Assembly: GCA_039810045.1 (NCBI GenBank)
Contig: JBDHWF010000005.1
Span: 1 to 57,761 of the forward strand
Direction: 5' to 3'
DNA from: Chloroflexia bacterium
GTDB lineage: Bacteria; Chloroflexota; Chloroflexia; Thermomicrobiales; CADCWN01
Length of the DNA stretch: 57,761 bases
Positions within the stretch are counted from its first letter, which is position 1. Every line of letters begins with the position of its first letter. Positions 19,811-29,366 of this stretch are shown here, in pieces. The notes below the pieces were generated by a model. The model did no database searches, was not told the DNA's origin, and worked only from the letters and a program-made list of their open reading frames with translations. The translations under genes and the position numbers were made by a program.

Positions 19811-21397
19811 TCAGTGCAGTGGGAGAATGGGAAAGGCCCGTTGCGCATCCTGCACCAGCAACCAGTACGGCGTAGCTGTTTGGGTCAACGTATCCAGGCC
19901 CAGCGTAGCAGCGATGGTTGCTAGACCACGTTGATCGGCAGCGACCTGGCGAATCTCGCAGAAATAGCCGAGTTGTGCCACGCGATCAAGCGCGATCTCC
20001 CAGCCGCCATGCCGATAGCGTCGACGTTCTTTCCGCACTTTTCCTTGTTCACGGTAGCCAAGATTGCGTAAGAGCGGTAAGACCCGTGGGCGGGCTTCGT
20101 GAGTAGTAATCGCACTATCGGCGGTCGTGTCCGCATACGATACCCAGGCAGTATCTTCACGCAGGCGCACTCGTAGGTAATCATCAGAAAGCGCGGCTGG
20201 GGGGCGATAGAAGTAATCATCTTCAGTCGCCGCGCTGAATAATGTGGCCCCACTCGCCAACAACACCTCTTCACGGGGCCAGCCGAAGTACTTCATCTGC
20301 ACTGCAGGGGTATGGTGCTGATCAGCAGCGAGCAGCGGGGCATTATCGATCACAATCAGGTCTGTCGTCCGGGCGGCAGGGTCTAAGTAGCGCCGCTGCG
20401 ATGGCACCACATATTCACCAAGGCGCCGCAAAATCAACCAGGGATCGACGCTTGCTGCGGCGAGGTCAGTCACCAGATAGTGAATCAAGGGCCGCGGGAG
20501 GCCAACTTTGACCCAGGCAGAAAAGACTACTGCATCTTCGCTCCCCAACACGCGGTTCACCACAATCCGTGGGCCTGTCGTTGGCAAATCAGCCTGCGTA
20601 ATCCGTAAACGCTCAGTCAAGCCTTCCGCCAAGCGGTTCGCCTGTTCCGAGCCGCGCGGCGAAGCCAGGGCGATCACGGCTCCATCGCCCGCCTGCACCG
20701 CCTGATCGCCCAAGATCTCTAGCGCCAGCGCAGGCCCGACCACTGGCAACCCCAGGCCACGCTTCCAGGCCAACGCCCGCCCACGTTTGCTGCCCCGCAT
20801 CGGCAATACCCCGTAGGTTCGCATCAGCCAGAGAGCGAGGTCGGCAACCGCGCCTTCATCGCCATCAAACAGTTCGATCTCAATCTCTGTCTCCCGATAA
20901 ACGGGGGCATCTTCAAGCTGCAACCGGTCAAGCGCCAGCGCCACCCGCGCCCCATCAGATCGAACCAGTTCGATCTGATGCCGAATCGTGAGCAACGTAA
21001 ACAATGGTACAAGCGGCTGGTTCCCCGCAAGCCGCCGAGCCCGCTCGATTGGCGCACATTTTACCTTTGGGAAATCACCCTTATTCCCGTTTACTTTCCC
21101 CGACAATCGCACATTGATTTCTCGCCGTCGCGCCACACCATCGCGCCCTGGGCCACGGCCTCGCTTGAAGGTCCACTCAACTCCACCCGCGCCATCATCA
21201 AGGATGCGCCGCCGTAATGAGCAACTGGCTGCTTCAAGTGTGCCGTTCGGTGTATCAAAATAGGTATTATGCTGTACTTCGTCCTGCCGCCCGCAGATGC
21301 GCCAGCCAGGAAACGCAGTACGCGCTGCCAGGGCATCCAGCGTCCCCTCACCAGCCGGAGCAAACTTCACTTCGAGTTCAATACCGCGCCGTGCCAT
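19811..21397 (-). CDS. CYTH - degenerate uridine-kinase-like - CYTH multidomain protein
   Basis: N-terminal IELEVKF, NTYFDT, SLRRR, EIEIEL. Middle segment ends ..PSQRRYLDP....DLIV. C-terminal EDDYF, YLRVR, VRKERRRY, LDRVAQLGYFCEI. Start could be GTG 21433. Confidence 0.8.
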   Translation of the reverse strand: MARRGIELEVKFAPAGEGTLDALAARTAFPGWRICGRQDEVQHNTYFDTPNGTLEAASCSLRRRILDDGAGGVEWTFKRGRGPGRDGVARRREINVRLSGKVNGNKGDFPKVKCAPIERARRLAGNQPLVPLFTLLTIRHQIELVRSDGARVALALDRLQLEDAPVYRETEIEIELFDGDEGAVADLALWLMRTYGVLPMRGSKRGRALAWKRGLGLPVVGPALALEILGDQAVQAGDGAVIALASPRGSEQANRLAEGLTERLRITQADLPTTGPRIVVNRVLGSEDAVVFSAWVKVGLPRPLIHYLVTDLAAASVDPWLILRRLGEYVVPSQRRYLDPAARTTDLIVIDNAPLLAADQHHTPAVQMKYFGWPREEVLLASGATLFSAATEDDYFYRPPAALSDDYLRVRLREDTAWVSYADTTADSAITTHEARPRVLPLLRNLGYREQGKVRKERRRYRHGGWEIALDRVAQLGYFCEIRQVAADQRGLATIAATLGLDTLTQTATPYWLLVQDAQRAFPILPLH

Positions 21398-21544
21398 CGC
21401 CCTCGCACGTCCTCTCTCTACTAGCCCCGTCACTGATCCGCCCGTAGTGTAGCCTGCACATTCCGCTCAGGCCAACCAAGCAAACCGCAGTTGGAGCCAT
21501 TAGACCATTGTTTTTCCTGACTCTGGCAGTATACTTGGAGGCAA

Positions 21545-21800
21545 AGCGTTGAGCAGGTCGAGTGCCTGACGGTCGGTCTACAGCGAGGGTGTGCCAATGG
21601 CTGCAAGCCACCCGACCAGATCGCAGAATACCAGCCTCCTGTGAGCTAGCCCCGAACCAGCGTCCTGCTGCGAAGGCGGCTCGGCAGTCACCGTTACCGA
21701 CATGGAATGAGGGCATCCCTGCGGTTGGGGATGCTGAAGCTGGGTGGCACCGCGAAAGAGACTCTTTCGCCCCAACGGGGGTGGAGGAGTTTTTATTTTG
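21545..21800 (+). promoter_or_regulatory. T-box riboswitch (transcriptional) upstream of alaS
   Basis: T-box AAGCTGGGTGGCACCGCG (21737-21754); antiterminator GCGAAAGAG/CTCTTTCGC; terminator CTCTTTCGCCCC/GGGGTGGAGGAG followed by TTTTT (21762-21794); CCGTTA stem IIA/B motif; stem-I-like pairings; TATACT -10 at 21530. Confidence 0.88.
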
Positions 21801-21865
21801 CTACTCATCAACAACGGCAAGGATCGCGATTGATAGGCCTAGAACAGATTTTCGCTTCTCAAGTC

Positions 21866-21894
21866 TTGACATAGTACGTTCGCGGCCTGATAAT
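21866..21894 (+). promoter_or_regulatory. Putative second sigma70 promoter of alaS, downstream of the T-box terminator
   Basis: TTGACA (21866-21871) - 17 nt - GATAAT (21889-21894). Confidence 0.55.
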
Positions 21895-21982
21895 TATGTA
21901 CGTACATCAGGCCGCGTTGACGGAGGTCTGGTCACCGCCAGAAGATACGACCAGCACCAAGCGTTGATGTGGAGGGAATTGC

Positions 21983-24655
21983 ATGGTAGCAAAGAACCAA
22001 CAAGAACCTACGGTAATGACCGGCAATGAACTGCGTAGCCGTTTTGTTGACTATTTCAGCGAACGGCTAGGGACAGAATTGCCTTCGGCATCCCTGGTTC
22101 CACACAATGACCCTACCGTGATGCTCACGGTGGCGGGGATGCAGCAGATGATCCCCTTCTTTATGGGCTTGGAACAACCACCTACGCCCCGGCTTTGCTC
22201 AGTACAAAAGTGCTTTCGCACGGTTGATATTGATGAAGTCGGCGACGAAAGTCACCTGACCTTCTTTGAAATGCTCGGCAATTTTTCGGTTGGCGATTAC
22301 TTCAAGCGTGATGCGATTAGTTGGGCCTGGGAACTGCTGACCAAGGGCTACGGGATGGACCCTGACCGCCTCTGGGTGACGGTCTACCCGAAAGATGACG
22401 AAGCACGCGCAATCTGGCGTGAGGTGGTGGGGCTGCCTGAAGAGCGGATCACCATTACCGCCAATCCAGAGAAAGATAACTGGTGGGGGCCAGTTGGCCC
22501 GACTGGGCCATGTGGTCCTTGCTCCGAGATTTACTACGACTTCGGCTATACCGAAGGGCGCACTGGCGACCAGCCAGGGGATGACGGTGGCCGCTTTTTA
22601 GAGGTCTGGAATCTCGTCTTCATGGAGTTCAACCGCAACGATGATGGCACCGATACTCCCCTACCTCGGAAAAATATTGATACGGGAATGGGCCTGGAAC
22701 GCCTGACGATGGTGGTGCAAGGGAAACGCTCGGTTTACGATACTGACCTCTACCAACCGATTATTCAGAGTGCAGCAGCCCTGACTGGCACCACCTACGG
22801 CGAGAACCCCAAGACTGACCGTTCCTTACGGGTAATCGCCGACCATAGCCGCGCCATCACGTTCCTGATTGGCGATGGGGTCTTACCAGACAATGAAGGT
22901 CGGGGATATATTCTCCGCCGAATCCTGCGCCGCGCCGTGCGCTATGGGCGGTTGCTCGGCCTGGAACGCCCCTTCCTCACCGAAACAGCGGGGGTGGTGA
23001 TCGAGCAGATGCGCGGGCAATACCCTGAATTAGTCGAACGGCGCGAGCGAATCTTTCAGGTGATTCGCAATGAAGAAGAGTCGTTTGGGCGAACCCTCAC
23101 CCGTGGGCTGAGTCGCTTCGCTACCCTGGTTGCAGGAATCAAGGCCGAAGGACAGGAAACCATTCCAGGAGCTGAGGCTTTCCGCCTCTACGATACGTAT
23201 GGCTTTCCCTTTGACCTCACAGTTGAACTCGCCAACGAAGCCGGTCTCACCATCGACCGCACCGAGTTTGAGCAGGCGATGGATGTGCAACGCACGCTCA
23301 GTCGTGAAGGTTCGCACTTCGGCAAGCAGTCGCATCGCGACCTGGAAACATATGCGGGGTTACGGCTACCGCCAACAGAGTTTTTAGGCTACGAGCAAGA
23401 CCGCGCTGAAGGAACGATTGTTGCCCTGATCGGCGCAAATGGGCCGCAGGAATCCGCACAGACGGGCGATCAGGTCGAAATCATCCTGGATCAAACCCCG
23501 TTCTATGCCGAGGCTGGTGGTCAGGTTGGCGATACCGGGTTACTGACCAGCGGCAGCGGGCAATTCCGCGTTACGGACACCCAGCGACCAGTCGCCGGCA
23601 TTACCGGGCATCGGGGCGAAATTGAGGCCGGGACATTCAGCGTTGGTGATACTGTCGAGGCAGCGATTAACGTTGATCGTCGCGCTGATATTCGCCGTAA
23701 TCACACCGCGACACACGTCTTGCACCGGGCGCTACGGCTGGTTCTCGGCGCACACGCGCAACAGGCTGGCTCCCTGGTCTCCCCTGATCGCCTGCGCTTT
23801 GATTTCACCCATCAACAAGCCCTTCGTGCCGACGAACTACGCCAGGTTAGCGAAATTGCTAACGCGGCTACGCTGGCGAATGATCGCGTCTATGCCGACG
23901 TGATGGATCAGCAAGCAGCGCTGGCAACTGGCGCGATGGCGCTCTTTGGCGAGAAATATGGCGATCAGGTTCGGGTTGTCACCATTGAGGAGTTTTCCAA
24001 AGAGCTTTGCGGTGGCACCCACGTTTCGGCAACTGGCGAGATCGGCCCAATCGTCATTACTGGCGAATCGGGTGTGGCCGCTGGGGTACGGCGGCTTGAG
24101 GCGCTCACCGGACGGGGCGCATTGGCCTATCTCGCCCAGGTGCAAGCCGCAACCGATGCCCTCTATGCCCAGTTCCGCACCCGCACCCCAGAGCAATTGC
24201 CGACCCACGTTGAGGGCTTACGCAGCCGTATCCGCGACCTGGAACGTGAGGTTGAGCAGTTGAAGGGGCAGGTTGCGGGTGGGCAGGCAGGCAACCTCCT
24301 CAATGCCGTACAAGAGGTCGCTGGCGTAAAAGTGCTGGCGACACGCGTATCAGTGCCAGATGCTGGCGCACTGAGCCAGCTTGGGGATCGGCTACGCGAT
24401 ACCATTGGTACAGGGATCATTGTCCTCGGCACGGTCGTCAACGACCGCCCAGCACTGCTCACCATCGTGACGCCCGAAATCGTGGAACGTGGGGTAAAAG
24501 CAGGCGCCATCCTTAGCGAAACGATCCAGGGGATGGGTGGGCGTGGTGGTGGGCGGCCTGATCGGGCGCAGGGTGGGGGCGGCGACGCCACCAAACTTGA
24601 TCAAGCACTCACGCTGGTTCCTGCACTCGTTGAACGTATCCTCGGCGGTAACTAA
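21983..24655 (+). CDS. alaS: Alanine--tRNA ligase
   Basis: LTVAGMQQ, QKCFRT, HLTFFEMLGNFS, DTGMGLER, NHTATH...CGGTH editing site and a C-Ala domain. Confidence 0.99.
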   Translation: MVAKNQQEPTVMTGNELRSRFVDYFSERLGTELPSASLVPHNDPTVMLTVAGMQQMIPFFMGLEQPPTPRLCSVQKCFRTVDIDEVGDESHLTFFEMLGNFSVGDYFKRDAISWAWELLTKGYGMDPDRLWVTVYPKDDEARAIWREVVGLPEERITITANPEKDNWWGPVGPTGPCGPCSEIYYDFGYTEGRTGDQPGDDGGRFLEVWNLVFMEFNRNDDGTDTPLPRKNIDTGMGLERLTMVVQGKRSVYDTDLYQPIIQSAAALTGTTYGENPKTDRSLRVIADHSRAITFLIGDGVLPDNEGRGYILRRILRRAVRYGRLLGLERPFLTETAGVVIEQMRGQYPELVERRERIFQVIRNEEESFGRTLTRGLSRFATLVAGIKAEGQETIPGAEAFRLYDTYGFPFDLTVELANEAGLTIDRTEFEQAMDVQRTLSREGSHFGKQSHRDLETYAGLRLPPTEFLGYEQDRAEGTIVALIGANGPQESAQTGDQVEIILDQTPFYAEAGGQVGDTGLLTSGSGQFRVTDTQRPVAGITGHRGEIEAGTFSVGDTVEAAINVDRRADIRRNHTATHVLHRALRLVLGAHAQQAGSLVSPDRLRFDFTHQQALRADELRQVSEIANAATLANDRVYADVMDQQAALATGAMALFGEKYGDQVRVVTIEEFSKELCGGTHVSATGEIGPIVITGESGVAAGVRRLEALTGRGALAYLAQVQAATDALYAQFRTRTPEQLPTHVEGLRSRIRDLEREVEQLKGQVAGGQAGNLLNAVQEVAGVKVLATRVSVPDAGALSQLGDRLRDTIGTGIIVLGTVVNDRPALLTIVTPEIVERGVKAGAILSETIQGMGGRGGGRPDRAQGGGGDATKLDQALTLVPALVERILGGN

Positions 24656-24657
24656 GC

Positions 24658-24690
24658 GCAAGCAGCGCGAGCAATGTTCGCGCTGCTTGC
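24658..24690. terminator. GC-rich hairpin after alaS (no U-tract)
   Basis: GCAAGCAGCGCGA-gcaatgt-TCGCGCTGCTTGC. Confidence 0.5.
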
Positions 24691-24744
24691 CTGCCCCCGA
24701 CCGAGCAGATACAGGCAGGTATATCGGCACTCGAAGGAGGGGCC

Positions 24745-26973
24745 GTGAACGATGTAGAGCTAGGTCGAGAACAAATTACCGTTGCGGCAAACGACACCCT
24801 TGATCGGGTCCTCGAAGCATTGCGCGCCACGACGAGCAATGCCGTTATTCTTGCCGTGGATGAGCGCAGCCCCCTGCTGATCAGCCTCCAACAGTTACAT
24901 ACCCTAGACGAAGTGGCACAGGCGCAGGGAGTCCAGGTTGCAATTGCCTCAACAAACAGAAAGCTGCTCAATGCAGCCAGGGTCTTTGGGCTGGAAGTTG
25001 TTGACGTACACGAACAACCACTGCTTGAATCAACCAGTTCACCGCAACTCCTGGCCGGGCAACCGCTAGGGCGACTCGACCTGCAGCGGCATGGAGACCC
25101 TGAGTTTGCACCAATAGCGCCCGAACCACAACAACAGGCGCGGGTTAATCTCACACCACCGCCAGCAACCGCCGACGACCTAACCGAGCTTGAATCCGCA
25201 GACGAACTGCCTGAAGCGCTGCTGACCACAACGCCGCCTACTGACGAAGACCAACAGGAAGCCCGTCTCGATCCGTATGGTCAGCCATATGATCCAGACG
25301 AAGCAGCGCAAGATGATCTGGCAGCGGATGATGGCTGGGATGAGCCGCAAGCCTACGACCCTGAGCAGGAGGAGTATGACCAGCAACCGCCACGCGGGTT
25401 AGCGGGCTACTGGCACGATGTTCGCGCCTGGATCGAGGCTCGCCGGAGCCGAAAAGCTCAGGCCGATTACGACGATGAGCAAGATGCGATTCTGGAGCCT
25501 GATGAAGACGGCTGGGATGAGCCTCCGTACCAGTTACGGCAAGCAGCCAAACCGATTATTGCCGATCACGCTACTACTGATGAGGATGAGGACGAACCAG
25601 CCGCCACGCCCTATCAGCCTGTCGTGCTGCCCTTTACTCCACGCAATGGGCGATCGCGACCACCCCAAAGTGAGCAAACGGCGCGGCTGCCTGTCATCAC
25701 CTCTGCCATCGCCTACGAACACGACCTTGACGAGGATGAGCCTGAGCTGGAGGAGGGGGACGAACGCTGGCAACCTGCCCCACACCGCGCTGGCACCCGC
25801 CACTTTGCCATCGGTAGCCTCTTGTTTACCTTGCTGATTCTTGGCAGTATTGTGGCAGTAATCCTCTACCTGCTCGTGCCAACCGCTACAGTGACGTTAG
25901 CGGCGCGCACCGGCCAAGTGACCACGGATTTTCGCGTGGTAGTAGCAGAGATTGACCCGAGTTCGCCCGAAGGGCAGCCAACCAATGCGCGTATTATCGT
26001 CCCTGCGAAGCGGCTGATTGTGCCAGTCAATGGGGCAGCAACCCGGCCTGCAACTGGTGCCCGCCTGGAGCCAGATCTGACGGCGGGCGGCGTAGTTATC
26101 CTCACAAATCCCTCTACCGCCGCAGCGACGGTGCCGAACGGCACACGCCTGGAAGCGACTGATGGGCGCATTTATGTCACCACCGAGGAAGTCACTGTCG
26201 CCGCCGCTGATCCATTTGGCGCAGGGGCATTCGGATCGGCCCCGGTCAACGTTGCCGCGACGATTCGCGGTAGTGGAGGCAATGCGCCGATTGGCGTAGT
26301 ACGCGGGCAATTGGCCAGCGGGATCTATTACACCAATAAGACCGTGCCGATTGCTGGCGGCAGCGACCGCCGCATCTCCACGATCTCTGCCCAAGACCGC
26401 GCCGCGGCCCAGGCAGCCGCTGAGGAAGCTGCCCGTGCGAAAGGCCAAGCGGCATTCAATGGCGCGGTTCCCGCAGGGAGTACGGTGATGCACGACACGC
26501 ATGGTGTTGGCAATTTTAAGGTGCAGTTCAGTGCTGCCGAAGGCACCGATGGCGATAACGTTACGGCCACTATTACTGCAGAGGCCACGGGGTTGGTCTA
26601 TCAGCCAGCCGAGGTTGAAGCACAAGCCCGCGACGAGGCAACCAAGCGGCTCAATAGCGCCGCCAAGCCAGGAGAGTCAGTAGTGGCTGGCACAGTGCAG
26701 ATCAATACCCCGCAACTGGTCGAAGATCTGCCTGGCCAGTTGACCTATAGTATTACTGGCGGAGCGCAAACTCGCGCCGTCCTTGGCACCGAAGCCGATC
26801 GCGATCGGCTGGCGCAGGATCTCGCCCATAAAGATGACGATGAAGCACGCGCTATTCTAGCCGCGCTACCTGGGGTAGCTTCATCAACGATTCAATATCA
26901 GACTGGCCCATTCCCGATGCGGATGCCCTGGTTATCTTCCCATATTCAGGTGCAAATTACTGAGGCCCGCTAA
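24745..26973 (+). CDS. Membrane-anchored baseplate J/gp47-like domain protein
   Basis: N-terminal alpha/beta domain, long acidic low-complexity linker, one TM (FAIGSLLFTLLILGSIVAVILYLLV), then A.G.V.LTNP..VP.GT.L...DG..Y.T.E and V.A...GSGGN baseplate-J-like motifs. Confidence 0.75.
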   Translation: MNDVELGREQITVAANDTLDRVLEALRATTSNAVILAVDERSPLLISLQQLHTLDEVAQAQGVQVAIASTNRKLLNAARVFGLEVVDVHEQPLLESTSSPQLLAGQPLGRLDLQRHGDPEFAPIAPEPQQQARVNLTPPPATADDLTELESADELPEALLTTTPPTDEDQQEARLDPYGQPYDPDEAAQDDLAADDGWDEPQAYDPEQEEYDQQPPRGLAGYWHDVRAWIEARRSRKAQADYDDEQDAILEPDEDGWDEPPYQLRQAAKPIIADHATTDEDEDEPAATPYQPVVLPFTPRNGRSRPPQSEQTARLPVITSAIAYEHDLDEDEPELEEGDERWQPAPHRAGTRHFAIGSLLFTLLILGSIVAVILYLLVPTATVTLAARTGQVTTDFRVVVAEIDPSSPEGQPTNARIIVPAKRLIVPVNGAATRPATGARLEPDLTAGGVVILTNPSTAAATVPNGTRLEATDGRIYVTTEEVTVAAADPFGAGAFGSAPVNVAATIRGSGGNAPIGVVRGQLASGIYYTNKTVPIAGGSDRRISTISAQDRAAAQAAAEEAARAKGQAAFNGAVPAGSTVMHDTHGVGNFKVQFSAAEGTDGDNVTATITAEATGLVYQPAEVEAQARDEATKRLNSAAKPGESVVAGTVQINTPQLVEDLPGQLTYSITGGAQTRAVLGTEADRDRLAQDLAHKDDDEARAILAALPGVASSTIQYQTGPFPMRMPWLSSHIQVQITEAR

Positions 26974-26976
26974 CCA

Positions 26977-27423
26977 ATGCGTGCGCTGGGGATTGACGTT
27001 GGTTCACGGCGGATCGGTGTCGCCTTCTCCGATGATCTGGGAATCCTGGCGGCCCCCTGGCAGACGGTAGCGGTGAACAAGGGCGAAGAGTTCACCATTC
27101 TGGCCGATCTCGTACGCGAACGTGCGATTGAAATCGTCGTGATTGGCCTGCCGACCAGCCTTGATGGCACCGAAGGACCACAGGCAGCAGCAGTGCGTGC
27201 TTTTGCTCAAACGCTGGCGCAGTACCTTGGCGAAGTTCCGTACACCTTCGCTGATGAACGTTTTACCACGGTCGAAGCCGAGCGTATCTTGATCGCGCAG
27301 CGGGTCAGCCGCGAAGAACGTCGCAAACGAATCGATGCCGCCGCTGCCGCGATCATGTTGCAGGCGTGGCTCGATGCCCAGCGACCACCAGCGTTGGCCT
27401 GGCGCGAGGAAGATGAATACTGA
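26977..27423 (+). CDS. ruvX: YqgF/RuvX pre-16S rRNA nuclease / resolvase
   Basis: LGIDVGSRRIGVA, VIGLP, DERFTT, IDAAAA. Confidence 0.95.
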   Translation: MRALGIDVGSRRIGVAFSDDLGILAAPWQTVAVNKGEEFTILADLVRERAIEIVVIGLPTSLDGTEGPQAAAVRAFAQTLAQYLGEVPYTFADERFTTVEAERILIAQRVSREERRKRIDAAAAAIMLQAWLDAQRPPALAWREEDEY

Positions 27424-27597
27424 CTGGTATTATGTCACCTCTGCTATACTACCGTGCAGGGAGGCAGGGCGAAGGTTCGTCGGCTGCCACCGTGGATGTC
27501 CCGGAACGTGTGAGTGTCAGGTCAACAATCTGGCGCGGAGCGATGTCGGGGCAGTGAATGCACCGATAGCGTGACCGTTAGCAGATTGGATTAACCG

Positions 27598-28788
27598 TTG
27601 GAAACACTCGCCGTATCGACTCCTGCAACAGATGACCCTACAGCACCAGCAACATCACCAGAGACTGAATCACATTTCAGCGATTATCCCTTGCGCCCGG
27701 AAATTCTCCGCGCCCTGGAAACGATGGGCTACAGCCAGCCCACGAAGATTCAGGCGGCGGTCTTACCACCGCTATTGGCTGGGCAGGATATTTTTGGGCA
27801 GGCCCAAACAGGATCAGGCAAGACTGCCGCGTTTGGGATCCCCACGATCAACCGCCTGCGGCCTACTGGCGTGGTCAGCGCAATTGTGCTGGTGCCAACG
27901 CGCGAGCTTTGCCGCCAGGTCACCACTGAACTCGAAAAACTCGCCGCTGGCACTGGCCTCAAGATCCTCTCCGTCTATGGTGGCACCAGGATGCGCGGGC
28001 AGTTCACCGCATTAGAGCGCGGCGTTGATATTATCGTTGGCACGCCAGGGCGCGTGCTCGATCACCTGCGGCGGGGGACGCTGAGGGTGGATCAGGTGCG
28101 GATCGTTGTGCTTGATGAAGCAGATGAAATGCTTGACATTGGCTTTGCGGAAGATATTGAGCAGATTTTGCGGCGCACGCCGCGCGACCGCCAGACAATG
28201 CTCTTTTCCGCCACCATGCCCCGCTGGGTCGAGCGGTTGGTGCGCCGCTACCAGCGCTCGCCAGTTCACATTGCGATCGAGCCAGAGCGGGCGACCGTGG
28301 CGACCGTAGCGCAATACTATTACGAGTTGGCGGAGCGCGATAAACTTGATGGTTTCCTCTCGTTTGAGGACGACTTTGGGCGGGATGCCCGCCTGCTAAT
28401 CTTCCGCCGTATGCAAGTTGGGGTAGACCGTCTGGCCCAACAACTGACTCGCGAAGGCTGGCTCGTCCAGGCGTTGCACGGCGGGATGGCACAAGTCGAC
28501 CGTACCCGTACGATTGACGCCTATCGCCAAGGCGATCTGCGCGTCCTGATCGCGACGAACGTCGCCGCGCGGGGGCTCGACATTCCTGATATCACCCACG
28601 TGATCAATTACGATATTCCCCAGAACCCTGAAGAGTATATTCATCGGATTGGACGGACGGCCCGTGCTGGCAAAACGGGTATCGCCATGACCTTCGTCAG
28701 CGAGTGGGATTATCCGTTCCTTGAAGCGATTAAAGCCCAGGTTGGCGACGCCCTCCAGCCAGCGGAACTGCCACTCTATCAACGCTAA
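27598..28788 (+). CDS. DEAD-box RNA helicase (core only)
   Basis: Q motif, AQTGSGKT, PTREL, TPGR, DEAD, SAT, ARGLD, HRIGRTAR. Start codon uncertain. Confidence 0.95.
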   Translation: METLAVSTPATDDPTAPATSPETESHFSDYPLRPEILRALETMGYSQPTKIQAAVLPPLLAGQDIFGQAQTGSGKTAAFGIPTINRLRPTGVVSAIVLVPTRELCRQVTTELEKLAAGTGLKILSVYGGTRMRGQFTALERGVDIIVGTPGRVLDHLRRGTLRVDQVRIVVLDEADEMLDIGFAEDIEQILRRTPRDRQTMLFSATMPRWVERLVRRYQRSPVHIAIEPERATVATVAQYYYELAERDKLDGFLSFEDDFGRDARLLIFRRMQVGVDRLAQQLTREGWLVQALHGGMAQVDRTRTIDAYRQGDLRVLIATNVAARGLDIPDITHVINYDIPQNPEEYIHRIGRTARAGKTGIAMTFVSEWDYPFLEAIKAQVGDALQPAELPLYQR

Positions 28789-29046
28789 CGTGACAAGAGC
28801 CTCCCCCCACCTACGATCAACGGGGCGATTTGATCACGGTGCGTGAATCAAGCACGGCAGAATACTCGTAAATGGAGCGAGGCAATCGGTGATTGCCACC
28901 ATGAATTGTGCCATGACGATGGTGTAACCTTAGTATTGCGGTTAGCCTCAGGAAGGATGGCACAATTCCTGCTTCCAATACTGGAATGTATAGGCACGTT
29001 GTGGGACAAGACCGCACCGTAGCAGCGAGAGAGAGGACAGAGATCA

Positions 29047-29337
29047 ATGAGCGGGCTGATGCGTGGGATGATCGATCAAGTTCTCAAGAATATGGGCGAA
29101 GAAGAACGCGCGCAATCGGTGAACTACGTCACTGATCGTATGGTTGAGCGGATGAGCAATGCTGAGCGCGTTGACCTGCTGATGGCGATCCTTGATCGGG
29201 TCATGAGTAACCTTTCGCCAGAAGAGCGCGTTGGGCTAGCCGATCAGGTAGCCAACAAACTCAGTAGTGTTGAGGCCAGCGATGAAGCCCTGCTCGGGCG
29301 CATCGATACCAGTGCTGCCGATGACCTGCGCGGCTAA
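29047..29337 (+). CDS. Small helical-repeat hypothetical protein
   Basis: GAGG RBS; three 20-aa repeats D-x5-(M/L)-(G/S)-x2-E-R. Confidence 0.8.
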   Translation: MSGLMRGMIDQVLKNMGEEERAQSVNYVTDRMVERMSNAERVDLLMAILDRVMSNLSPEERVGLADQVANKLSSVEASDEALLGRIDTSAADDLRG

Positions 29338-29366
29338 CTAGCGGCACAGAGGAGGAAAAGAGAACG

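Noticed and set aside
24745-26973. Prophage or contractile injection system
   Set aside because: There is only a lone baseplate-J-like domain, with no sheath, tube, terminase, integrase or att sites.
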